A program made the position numbers and the translations under genes. From assembly GCA_040218735.1 (NCBI GenBank), contig JAVJQW010000070.1:384001-448000 (forward strand): a DNA stretch of 64,000 nt, given 5' to 3'. This stretch comes from Deltaproteobacteria bacterium (GTDB lineage: Bacteria > Myxococcota > Kuafuiibacteriia > Kuafuiibacteriales > Kuafuiibacteriaceae). The first letter of the stretch is position 1. The number at the start of each line of letters is the position of its first letter. Below are positions 22,601-30,448 of this stretch, piece after piece. The notes beneath the pieces are model-generated. The model made no database searches. It worked only from the letters and a program-made list of their open reading frames with translations, and was not told the DNA's origin.

Positions 22601-23549
22601 CTGCGATCAGACGACGTCGAACGAGATGTTCGCGTCGTGCGAGCCGCTCGACGACACGTGGACCTTCGACGGCGCCACCTGGACGCGCGTCGCCGCGACG
22701 CTCCCCCCGAGCCCACGTGCTCGTCCGTCGCTGACGTACCACGAGGGTGTCGGCGCCGTACTCTTCGGCGGCTGCGATGCAGTTTCGAACCCACAGGGTG
22801 GGCTCAATCGTCGTGACTGTCGGCCCGGCACGTTCGTACTCGCCGACACCAACGCGATGTCCTGGATCGAAGTGGCGACATCGACGACGCCGGATGGCCG
22901 CTCGGGCGCCGCCTTCGTCTACGACGAGGTCCGGCGTCACAGCGTGCTCTTCGGCGGCGAAGATCCGACGAACGGTCGGCACCGGGACACGTGGTTCTTC
23001 GATGGCGTCGACTGGTCACACCGCAAGACCAGCACCAGCGCGACGCCCCCCGGAAACAACGGACGGCGCGCGGTGTTCGATCGTGGGCGACAGCGCATCG
23101 TCTTGTACGGCGACGCCGACGCCTACGACCTCAGCTCGGGCGTCTGGGAGTACGACTACGGCCGTTCGGAACGCCCGGCGTGGGTCATCGCACTGAAGTG
23201 GAACCAGGTGCTCGCGGAGCTCTCCGACGTTCAGTCCGTCGAGATCTCCGCCGTCGCGAACGGGGTTGGCGCGTCCGACGCGCTCGTCGCCGAGGCAGGG
23301 GCCAGGCTCGAAGCCTGGGACGCCGTCCGCGGCGCCTGGGAGCTCATCGAACAGCACGACCAACCCGGCCTCGACACCCTCCAGCTCGACGCCACCGATC
23401 CCACCGCCGCGAACCGCTGGTTCGTGGAGCGCGACGCGCAGCTCTACCTCCGCGTCACGCCGCGCGGCTACGACCTCGGCCCGACGCCCGCGCAGGTGTC
23501 GCTCGACTACGTCGAGGCGACGGTGCGGTACACCCTCCCCGACCGCTAG
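19638..23549 (+). CDS. Large Kelch-repeat lipoprotein, paralog B (~1303 aa)
   Basis: GGGAGG before ATG 19638; lipobox GTAC; colinear with paralog A along its whole length. Confidence 0.85.
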   Translation: MRRVFVFFGLLLGTACSAEGPQIEVIFDWAGARPNVSELFARARVESTDRRTLSESTILPYAPDASLELPSIPIGTDRIIRIELTAEPDPTTRALFYGISEPFDLAADVDVAPSVRVAMRPAPRIDCSGGFGGITVRGAARNVVGDEDVELMVATDYGSSVRVSEGGPPSPATPRIELVAPVDSPSTASFPMFAVPWTLASCNTGEVCQRRVFVEALDEEGYASAVCRAEIDLDQEGPTLVDETFSLTITPPPNSLLREVDRATVGANVRVSVGLSEPLADIDPQLEAVSSSVLGFTFLQRQGTQVVFELDVKGTHADGVYALELVSTDRFGNASAHQLPLTLTIDKRPPPPAVNDPGDPHSTGGPVWAPGAARTRSMTVHVSPAGSAATNGRPSLTIQAQPRTFDGATAIAVRAPGTNQILGIAAVRPDGGLEETDLVPLDVATVQVLTIDAAGNVGAPRIVRDVIRTVHVVESADDAEVEVRRAPQTRTSAWQQLDRLGTPITARDRAALSGRDGSIVSVDAEPRWRETRRSKRSPADRSNPGLAYDAIRGRTVLFGGHDGVVNLSRTPTWEWVADEWRDVSPATEVPARWGHRLVYDRKRGRTVLFAGIDPRAIRGDLWEWDGSDWVENVEAGEMSVLRRYHHAMAYDSTHGRTLMCGGWLPRYPPGVTVIHEDCWYWDGYAWTPGPDMPGRRWLHDMVYDPVAQRFVVHGGRLGEAQNYAYIGSVLYGDGARWTKATTTAKPDMSNHRIFWDPVTTSVFAYGLVPFKYDFWRWDPVSAGLEPVPSGGVRPPERLDHAMAYDEDAGAALLFGGTSSYPDFEQHRDTWGFKDGAWIDMTPSQRGPSTRSGHALAYDARRGVTVLFGGIDRAGTLRADVWSWNGFQWSCEAGDALSLPSDGCASVPSPAPTPRIAMASAYLATSNQVVIHGGCEIGSNRGECDPTAPRLDETWMWDGNTWSQAEGPPARADAAMTAVGPGQLLLFGGCDQTTSNEMFASCEPLDDTWTFDGATWTRVAATLPPSPRARPSLTYHEGVGAVLFGGCDAVSNPQGGLNRRDCRPGTFVLADTNAMSWIEVATSTTPDGRSGAAFVYDEVRRHSVLFGGEDPTNGRHRDTWFFDGVDWSHRKTSTSATPPGNNGRRAVFDRGRQRIVLYGDADAYDLSSGVWEYDYGRSERPAWVIALKWNQVLAELSDVQSVEISAVANGVGASDALVAEAGARLEAWDAVRGAWELIEQHDQPGLDTLQLDATDPTAANRWFVERDAQLYLRVTPRGYDLGPTPAQVSLDYVEATVRYTLPDR
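23307..23539 (+). repeat. 233-bp near-identical direct repeat, copy 2 (3' end of paralog B)
   Basis: Matches 19306-19538 with 4 mismatches. Confidence 0.92.
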
Positions 23550-24457
23550 TCGTCGCGGAGCTCGGCGAGGAAGTCTTCGTTCGTCAGGACGCCCTTCTTC
23601 GCCAGGACACGCATCAGCGCCCAGAACTTTCGCTCCAGCCGCTGGAAGGCCTCCGCGTTGACGGCGTCACCCGCGGCGTCGATCAGGGCGCCGAGGCTCG
23701 CGTCGAACTCCGGGCGCGGCGGGTTCGGTTGGCGCTTCACCGACGTCAGCGGGATCGGCGGCGACGTGGGCGGAGACGTCAGCGGACTCTCGGCCGACAG
23801 CGGCGTGGAGTCGGAGACCTCCTCGGTGAGCAAGAGCGCCGAGTCGTCGCGCGGCGGGGCCGGCTTCGGGACGTCGGACGTGTCGACGAAGGGCGTGGGG
23901 ATCGGCCCGGTCTCCGTGTTCACCTGCTCCTCGCCACCGCCCGGGCGAAGGATCGTCATCTGCGGGATGTCGGTGTTCAGACGGACGGCGGCCGCGCGGT
24001 GCCGGTTCGGGTCCTCGAGGCGCGCGCCGTAGTAGTGGCGGATCGCCATGTCGATGTCCGACGCGCCCGCGATCGTCGCGTGGATCGTCACGTCGGCCAC
24101 GAACCCCAGCTCGTCGATGACACGCACGTCGAGCGGATCCGACATCGCGACCGTCAGCACCGTCCGCCCGCGGATGCGCTCCAGCCGGTACGGGAAGAGA
24201 TCGTGCTCCGACGCGAAGCCCCGACGCACGCGACTCAACGCCTCCGGGTCCGGCTCGACCTGCGAGAGGTCCACCGCCTGGACGTTGAACAGGCTAGCCA
24301 GCGCCGCGACGAGCTCCTTCTCCTCCAGGTGACCGCGCGCGATCAGCGCCGCGCCGAGCCGCATCCCGTTGCGGCGCTGAAGGGTGAGCGCGTCCGAGAG
24401 CTGCGCGGGCGTGATGACGCGCCGCTCGAGCAACAGCTCGCCGAGCTTCTTCTTCAT
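23546..24457 (-). CDS. Stand-alone MshEN/GspE N-terminal-domain protein (no ATPase)
   Basis: KLGELLLERRVITPAQLSDALTLQ and RLGAALIARGHL motifs; VAMSDPLD; C-terminal ALMRVLAKKGVLT; no Walker A. Confidence 0.85.
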   Translation of the reverse strand: MKKKLGELLLERRVITPAQLSDALTLQRRNGMRLGAALIARGHLEEKELVAALASLFNVQAVDLSQVEPDPEALSRVRRGFASEHDLFPYRLERIRGRTVLTVAMSDPLDVRVIDELGFVADVTIHATIAGASDIDMAIRHYYGARLEDPNRHRAAAVRLNTDIPQMTILRPGGGEEQVNTETGPIPTPFVDTSDVPKPAPPRDDSALLLTEEVSDSTPLSAESPLTSPPTSPPIPLTSVKRQPNPPRPEFDASLGALIDAAGDAVNAEAFQRLERKFWALMRVLAKKGVLTNEDFLAELRDD

Positions 24458-24482
24458 CCGGCCGAAAGCCTACCAGGAAACC

Positions 24483-27029
24483 TCACCAGGCGCCGTCACC
24501 GTCCCCGTCCACGAACAGCGGGTTCGTCAGCGCAAACGACGGGCGGTTCGACGCAAACGCCCCGTGGCGCCGGTCGCCCCGCACCGACACCGCAATCCAA
24601 GTGTCCTGCCCCGCCGGCACGTTCACGCGCAGCTCGTCTTCGAACCGCACCGTGCCCGTCGACTCCGGGACGTCGTAGGTCTCGACCACGACACCCCCGA
24701 CGATCACCTCGACCACGTCCACGTCCATCCACGACGGCGCCGCGACGTGCACCTCGATGTCCACACCACCGTCCGCCGCCGCGACGATGTCGCCGATCTC
24801 CGCCGCGCCCGCGCGCATCGTGACGAACGGCCCGCAGGAGAGCGTGAGGCGCCCGCCGAAGAAGGCCGCCGCGAGGTCCTCGACCTTCGCCTCCACCGGG
24901 TCGTCCGTCGGCATCCGCACGTACGTGCGCGGGTAGCCCATGTCGCCGCCCGAAGCGCGGTGGTTGTCCGTCGACGCCGTTCCGACCTTGCGGACGCCGC
25001 GGTTGAGGAAACCGAACCAGTCGCGGATCGGCTGCTGCTCGATCGTGCCGTTGCCGCAACCGTTGAGCACCTCGATGCCGTCGAAGTCCGGCGACCACTG
25101 CTCGGTCCGCTCGACCGCCCCGCTGTCCTGCGCGAGCCCCATCGCGGAGAAGTACCCACCGATCGACGGGCTGCGCGGGTGGTTCACCTGGATGAATGGC
25201 TCCGCCGGGTTCTCGCGGATCGCGGCGAACGTGTCCGCCGGCTTCAACCCGTACCAGTCGACACGACCGTTCCCCGGCCGCGAGAAGTCCGGCGTCATCG
25301 GGTACGCGTTGAAGTGTCCGTACGTGAACGTCGTGACCTCGGAGCCCGTCACACCCTGCATCCAGCGCTCGAGGCCCAGCTCGCGGATCGCCGGGTTGAA
25401 GTCGCCGATCGCCTCGTGCTCGGTGCTGATCGGGAGCTCCAACCCCTCGACCACCATCGTCCGCACCTTGAACGGATAGAGGTCGGGGCTGTCCGGCGAC
25501 AGCTGCGCGTGGATGTGGGTGTCCGTCGACATCCAGCCGGGCGTGTCGACGGAGCGCGCCAGCGTCACCTCGACGTCCGTCGTCATGTCCTCGGTCACCG
25601 TGACGGTCCGCGCCTCGACCTCGTACTCGTTCCCGCGCGAGAACGTGAGGGTGTAGTCGCCGGCCGGCAGCGCGAGCGTGCCCTCGCCGGTGTGCGCGAA
25701 CTCGATCGCGAACAGGTTCCGGTTCCCACGCGTGACCCCGTAGCGCGCCGGGAGGCTCTCCAACGCCTCGGAGTCGCGCTGCACGCTGATCTTCACGGGG
25801 AGCTGCGTGCCCGCGTCGTCCTTCACGCTGTAGCGAACACCGCCGGGGACCGGCACCTCCAGCCGAACCGTCTGCGGTCCGCCGGTCGTCATGAGCTCGC
25901 TCGCCGACACGAGCCCGGCGTCCGTCGAAGCGACGATGCGGTACGCGCCCGGGTCGAGGCGCAGGCTGAATGCGCCGGCTTCGTCGGTGACCGTGTAACT
26001 CGCGTAGTCGGTGTCGCCGCGGTCGTCGAAGGCCGCGTGCACGCGCGCGCCGACGACGGGGCGCCCCGCGGCGTCGACGACCTCGCCGGTCACGAGGTCC
26101 GACGCTTCGGCGGCGACGGCCTTGCGCCACAGCTCCTGCGTGTTCGACAGATCGCCGTCCCCGATCACGAGGATGTGGCTGTAGCTGAAGACGTCGCGCG
26201 CGATGACGTCGAAGCCGTCGCCGTGTCCGGTGACGACGACGCCGGCCTCGGTCACGAGGAGGTTCAGGTTCGTGTCGGCGGCGCCGTAGAGGTAGCTGAC
26301 GTCCTCGCCGATCGCGCCGTAGTACGGCGCGGTGACGCCGCCGCCGGGGACGTCGAAGCCGTGGCCCTGGACGAATGGATCCGCGCCGTCGCCGAACATG
26401 AACGCGGAGATGCGCAGGCCGAAGTCGGCGGTCTCGCGCTCCAGGTTCTTCACGCGGTAGTCGAGGCGGAGGTGGTCGGCGCCCGGTTCGAGGACGTAGT
26501 CGAGCGTCCACTCCAGGTCGTAGGCGCGGGGGGTGAAGAGGCCGGAGAGGAGCGCGTCGAAGAGCGGCATCACGTCGGAGCCGCCGGTGACGCGGACGAC
26601 GGCGGCCTCGCCGTCGCGGCCGTCGGCGACGACTTCGACGGCGTCTGCGCGGAGCACCACGAGGTCCAGCGCCGCGATCACCTCGCCGAACGCGGAGTGA
26701 CCGGCGGGGCCGGTCGGCGTCATGCGGTCCGCGTCGAGGAGCACGCCGCCGTACGGGTGGTAGCCGCGCGAGGAGCCGGCGGCGGCGATCACCACGCCGA
26801 TGCGATCGTTGTAGAGCTTGAAGTCACCGACGCGCCCGCGGGCGGTGAGCCCGGGGAGGAGCTCGCTCGCCTGCGTGATGACGCCGCCGCGGACCTCGCC
26901 GGGTCCGAGCGGGACGTCGAGCGTGGTCTGGACGGCGACGGGATCCTCGCGGAAGACACAGGCCTTCTGACCGAGGACGGCGACGGCGAGCAGGACGAAG
27001 CCGAAACGTGCGCGGTGAGAGCGGTGCAT
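24483..27029 (-). CDS. CehA/McbA-type PHP metallohydrolase, exported or lipoprotein
   Basis: DTHIH..SPDS, STEH, GSEVT..GHFN, VNHP, EVLN, STDNH; carboxypeptidase-regulatory-like domain (VTGEVVDAAGRPVVGARV); N-terminal signal with Cys. Confidence 0.82.
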   Translation of the reverse strand: MHRSHRARFGFVLLAVAVLGQKACVFREDPVAVQTTLDVPLGPGEVRGGVITQASELLPGLTARGRVGDFKLYNDRIGVVIAAAGSSRGYHPYGGVLLDADRMTPTGPAGHSAFGEVIAALDLVVLRADAVEVVADGRDGEAAVVRVTGGSDVMPLFDALLSGLFTPRAYDLEWTLDYVLEPGADHLRLDYRVKNLERETADFGLRISAFMFGDGADPFVQGHGFDVPGGGVTAPYYGAIGEDVSYLYGAADTNLNLLVTEAGVVVTGHGDGFDVIARDVFSYSHILVIGDGDLSNTQELWRKAVAAEASDLVTGEVVDAAGRPVVGARVHAAFDDRGDTDYASYTVTDEAGAFSLRLDPGAYRIVASTDAGLVSASELMTTGGPQTVRLEVPVPGGVRYSVKDDAGTQLPVKISVQRDSEALESLPARYGVTRGNRNLFAIEFAHTGEGTLALPAGDYTLTFSRGNEYEVEARTVTVTEDMTTDVEVTLARSVDTPGWMSTDTHIHAQLSPDSPDLYPFKVRTMVVEGLELPISTEHEAIGDFNPAIRELGLERWMQGVTGSEVTTFTYGHFNAYPMTPDFSRPGNGRVDWYGLKPADTFAAIRENPAEPFIQVNHPRSPSIGGYFSAMGLAQDSGAVERTEQWSPDFDGIEVLNGCGNGTIEQQPIRDWFGFLNRGVRKVGTASTDNHRASGGDMGYPRTYVRMPTDDPVEAKVEDLAAAFFGGRLTLSCGPFVTMRAGAAEIGDIVAAADGGVDIEVHVAAPSWMDVDVVEVIVGGVVVETYDVPESTGTVRFEDELRVNVPAGQDTWIAVSVRGDRRHGAFASNRPSFALTNPLFVDGDGDGAW

Positions 27030-27117
27030 GCGCCCTCAGGCTGCCCCGAGTTCACACAACTGTCACTCGGGCCGGCGGCTGGTCCGAAGGTGTGCGAACG
27101 TGCTACGCCGCCGCGTC

Positions 27118-28584
27118 GTGAGTGACCGACCCGTTCGCGTGAGAATCGGACCGAGCCCGACGGGGGAGCCGCACGTCGGCACCGCGTACATCGCGCTCTT
27201 CAACCTCGCCTTCGCGCGTAAGAACGGCGGGAAGTTCGTGCTGCGCATCGAGGACACGGACCAGGAGCGGAGCAAGCCGGAGTGGGAGGCGCAGATCATG
27301 GCGTCCCTGAAGTGGCTCGGGCTCGATTGGGACGAGGGCCCCGACGTGGGCGGGCCGTTCGGGCCGTACCGGCAGAGCGAGCGGCAGGACATCCACAAGG
27401 CCCACGCGATGCAGCTGCTCGAGGCCGGGCACGCGTACCGGTGCTTCGCGACGAAGGAGGAGCTCGACGCCCTTCGCGCGGAGCAGATCGCGAAGAAGGA
27501 GACGCCGCGCTACGACGGACGCCACCGCGAGCTTCCGCAGGACCAGATCGACGCGTACCTCGCCGAGGGGCGCCCGTTCGTCATCCGCATGAAGATGCCG
27601 ACGGAGGGCTCGACGGTGTTCCACGACGAGCTCCGCGGCGACGTCGAGATCGACAACGCGCAGGTCGACGATCAGATCCTCCTCAAGAGCGATGGCTTCC
27701 CGACGTACCACCTCGCGAACGTCGTCGACGATCACCTCATGGGCATCACACACGTGATTCGCGCGGAGGAGTGGATCTCGAGCACGCCGAAGCACGTGGT
27801 GCTCTACGACATGTTCGGGTGGGAGCGGCCGAAGTTCGTGCACATGCCGCTGCTCCGGAACGAGAACGGCTCGAAGATCAGCAAGCGCAAGGCCCCGGTC
27901 TCGCTGATGGACTACAAGTCGCGCGGGTTCCTGCCGCAGGCGGTCGTGAACTACCTGTCGCGGATGGGCTGGTCGATGCCGGACGAGCGGGAGATCTTCT
28001 CGTTCGACGACTTCGTGGAGAACTTCACCTTCGAGCGCGTGTCGCTCGGCGGGCCGAAGTTCGACATCGACAAGATGAGCTGGGTGAACGGCAAGTACTA
28101 CCGCGAGGTGCTCGACGAGAAGCAGTTCGGCGACCACCTGCTCGACTACGTCTTCGCCGAAGCGCGACTTCGAAAGCTCGTGCCGCTGGTGCGCGAGCGC
28201 ATGGATCGCGGCGAGGACTTCATCCCGCTCACCGAGTACTTCTTCTCGGGCGACGTCACGATCGAGCCGGAGCAGATCAAGCCGAAGAAGCAGACCTTCA
28301 AGGCGCTCGCGCAGGTGTTCGAGAAGTACGCCGATCTCCTCGACCGGCAGGACGACTACTCCCCGGCCGCGCTCGAAGAGGTCACGCGCACCTTCGTCGA
28401 AGCCGAGGCGTGGAAGACCCGCGACTTCTTCATGCCGCTGAGGATCGCGATCACCGGGCGCAAGGCCTCCCCGCCTCTGTTCGACGTGATGACGATCCTC
28501 GGGCGCCCCCTCGTCCGGCGCCGCCTGCGCGCGGCGGTCCATGTCGCGAAGCTCGGCGCGAAGCAGGAAGCCAAAGCGAAGTAA
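27118..28584 (+). CDS. gltX: Glutamate--tRNA ligase
   Basis: VRIGPSPTGEPHVG, LRIEDTD, YRQSER, PTYHLANVVDDH, IRAEEW, KISKR. Confidence 0.97.
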   Translation: MSDRPVRVRIGPSPTGEPHVGTAYIALFNLAFARKNGGKFVLRIEDTDQERSKPEWEAQIMASLKWLGLDWDEGPDVGGPFGPYRQSERQDIHKAHAMQLLEAGHAYRCFATKEELDALRAEQIAKKETPRYDGRHRELPQDQIDAYLAEGRPFVIRMKMPTEGSTVFHDELRGDVEIDNAQVDDQILLKSDGFPTYHLANVVDDHLMGITHVIRAEEWISSTPKHVVLYDMFGWERPKFVHMPLLRNENGSKISKRKAPVSLMDYKSRGFLPQAVVNYLSRMGWSMPDEREIFSFDDFVENFTFERVSLGGPKFDIDKMSWVNGKYYREVLDEKQFGDHLLDYVFAEARLRKLVPLVRERMDRGEDFIPLTEYFFSGDVTIEPEQIKPKKQTFKALAQVFEKYADLLDRQDDYSPAALEEVTRTFVEAEAWKTRDFFMPLRIAITGRKASPPLFDVMTILGRPLVRRRLRAAVHVAKLGAKQEAKAK

Positions 28585-28621
28585 CCTTGACCTCGCGCCC
28601 GCGGAGCGCGAGTCGATCCGT

Positions 28622-29830
28622 ATGCTCCGGCACCTCGGCGCCCGCCTGTTCATCGACCACGCCAGCGAGATCTGCGTCCCCGACGCCGACGGCCCGGGGG
28701 TCACGCGCCTCGTGGACCACGCCGTCTACGTCGACGAGGGCCGCATCAAGTGGATCGGTCCGCGCGCCGAACGCCCCGCCGAGAGCGAAGGCGCCCACAC
28801 CTACGACGCCGGCGGCGGCGCCGTGCTCCCCGCGCTGGTCGACTGCCACACCCACCTGGTCTTCGGCGGCGACCGCGTCGCGGACTTCGCGCGTCGCGCG
28901 AGCGGGATGACCTACGCCGAGATCGCCGCCGAGGGCGGCGGCATCCTCACCACCGTTCAGGCGACGCGGCGGGCGAGCTTCGACGCGCTCCTCGACGGCA
29001 CCCGCGCGCGCCTCGAACACCGCGCGCAGCACGGCATCTGGACCACGGAGATCAAGAGCGGCTACGGCCTCACCATCGAGCACGAGATCCGGATGCTCGG
29101 GGTCGTATCGCGCCTGAAGACCGAGGGGTGGGATCTCGAGGGCACCCTCCTCGGCGCCCACGCGGTGCCGAAGGATCGCGACCGCGACGGCTACGTGGAC
29201 GACGTCGTCACGAAGATGATCCCCAAGGCCGCCAAGGGGGAGCTCGCGCGGTTCGTCGACGTCTTCGTGGAGCGCGGCGCCTACACCCTCGACGAGGGGC
29301 GCCGGGTCTTCGCGGCCGCGAAGGAACACGGCCTCATCCCTCGGGTGCACGCGGATCAGATCACCGCGGGCGGTGGCGCCGAGCTCGCGGCGGAGGTCGG
29401 CGCGGCCTCGGCGGACCACATCGAAAACCTCACCGACGCGGGCGCCCAACGTATGGCCGAGGCCGGCGTCGTGGGGGTGCTCCTCCCCGGCGCGATGACC
29501 TACCTCGCGGACCGCGCGCCCGACCTCGGTCGACGCCTCGTGGAGGCGGGCGTCGAGGTCGCCGTGGCGACGGACCACAACCCGGGGTCCTCGCCCACCG
29601 CGAACCTCCCGCTGATGGCGACGCTCGCGACGACGCAGATGGGCCTCACCGCCGAGCAAGCGTTGCGCGCCGTGACGCGCGGCGCCGCGTCCGCGCTCCG
29701 GCGCGACGACGTCGGACGGATGGAGGTCGGCGCCCGCGCACGCTTTGCTGTGCTGTCACACGCCGACAGCCGCGCGCTCGTGGCCGCGTTCGGGGAGCCG
29801 GTGGTTCGGGATTTGGTGGTCTGCGCGTGA
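28622..29830 (+). CDS. hutI: Imidazolonepropionase
   Basis: DCHTHLVFGG, Y.EIA..GGGI..TV, EIKSGYGL, LGAHAVP, DVFVE, HADQ, SADH, ATDHNPGSSP. Confidence 0.94.
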   Translation: MLRHLGARLFIDHASEICVPDADGPGVTRLVDHAVYVDEGRIKWIGPRAERPAESEGAHTYDAGGGAVLPALVDCHTHLVFGGDRVADFARRASGMTYAEIAAEGGGILTTVQATRRASFDALLDGTRARLEHRAQHGIWTTEIKSGYGLTIEHEIRMLGVVSRLKTEGWDLEGTLLGAHAVPKDRDRDGYVDDVVTKMIPKAAKGELARFVDVFVERGAYTLDEGRRVFAAAKEHGLIPRVHADQITAGGGAELAAEVGAASADHIENLTDAGAQRMAEAGVVGVLLPGAMTYLADRAPDLGRRLVEAGVEVAVATDHNPGSSPTANLPLMATLATTQMGLTAEQALRAVTRGAASALRRDDVGRMEVGARARFAVLSHADSRALVAAFGEPVVRDLVVCA

Positions 29831-29840
29831 AGCGCAGCGC

Positions 29841-30359
29841 CTAGGCTATGCCGCGCGCCTGCTTGAGCTGACGGACGACCTTCTCGTACTCGATGTCCCA
29901 CTCGGCGGAACCCTCGCGCAGGTTCTTCAGCCGGCTGCGGGCTTCGCGGTCGATCTCCTCGTCGATGCCCAAGTACTTGCGCATCGTGTCGGTGATCTTC
30001 TTACGCATCTCGTGGTCTTCGGCGAAGACCTCTTCGATGTTCCGCGAGTGCATCAGGGCTTCGAGCATCTGGTTGATGACGTACTCGGCGCCCTCTTCCC
30101 CGGTCTTGTGCTGGCGAGCCTCCGCGAGGCCCTTCTTCACCTGACCGAAGCGCTCCGCCGACAGGCCGCGCCGCGTCAGCGCGTCCTTCGTCTCCTGGTT
30201 GAGGCGATCCTCGGCGTTGCAGTACTCGACCAGAATGGCCGCGACGTCCAGCTCGGCTTCCTCGAGCTTCTGATCGTCGATTTCGACGTCACCGTCGCCC
30301 CGTAGGGTGGCGATGATTTCCTTGGACATCTTCGGGATGATCTTTCGGTAGAGACGCAT
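29841..30359 (-). CDS. DUF507 family protein
   Basis: MRLY..IP...I..L start and C-terminal EEIDREAR......EGS.EWDIEY.K....LK..RG, as I recall for deltaproteobacterial DUF507 proteins. Confidence 0.75.
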   Translation of the reverse strand: MRLYRKIIPKMSKEIIATLRGDGDVEIDDQKLEEAELDVAAILVEYCNAEDRLNQETKDALTRRGLSAERFGQVKKGLAEARQHKTGEEGAEYVINQMLEALMHSRNIEEVFAEDHEMRKKITDTMRKYLGIDEEIDREARSRLKNLREGSAEWDIEYEKVVRQLKQARGIA

Positions 30360-30414
30360 CGTTCCTCAGCGCCGAGCCTGCAAACCCCGCTCGGGGCCCG
30401 GCAACGGCCCTTCC

Positions 30415-30443
30415 CGCCTATGCGGTACAAAATGTGAAGTCAA
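30415..30443 (-). promoter_or_regulatory. Putative sigma70 promoter for the DUF507 gene
   Basis: Minus strand TTGACT-N17-TAGGCG in an AT-richer gap. Confidence 0.45.
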
Positions 30444-30448
30444 CACAA

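Noticed and set aside
19306-23539. Diversity-generating retroelement TR/VR pair at gene 3' ends
   Set aside because: Both copies are coding, the mismatches are not confined to adenines of one copy (one is C/G), and no reverse transcriptase is in the window.
27118-28584. GluRS lacking zinc ligands (CFAT...GRHR)
   Set aside because: Zinc-free GluRS variants are well known, so this is not novel.
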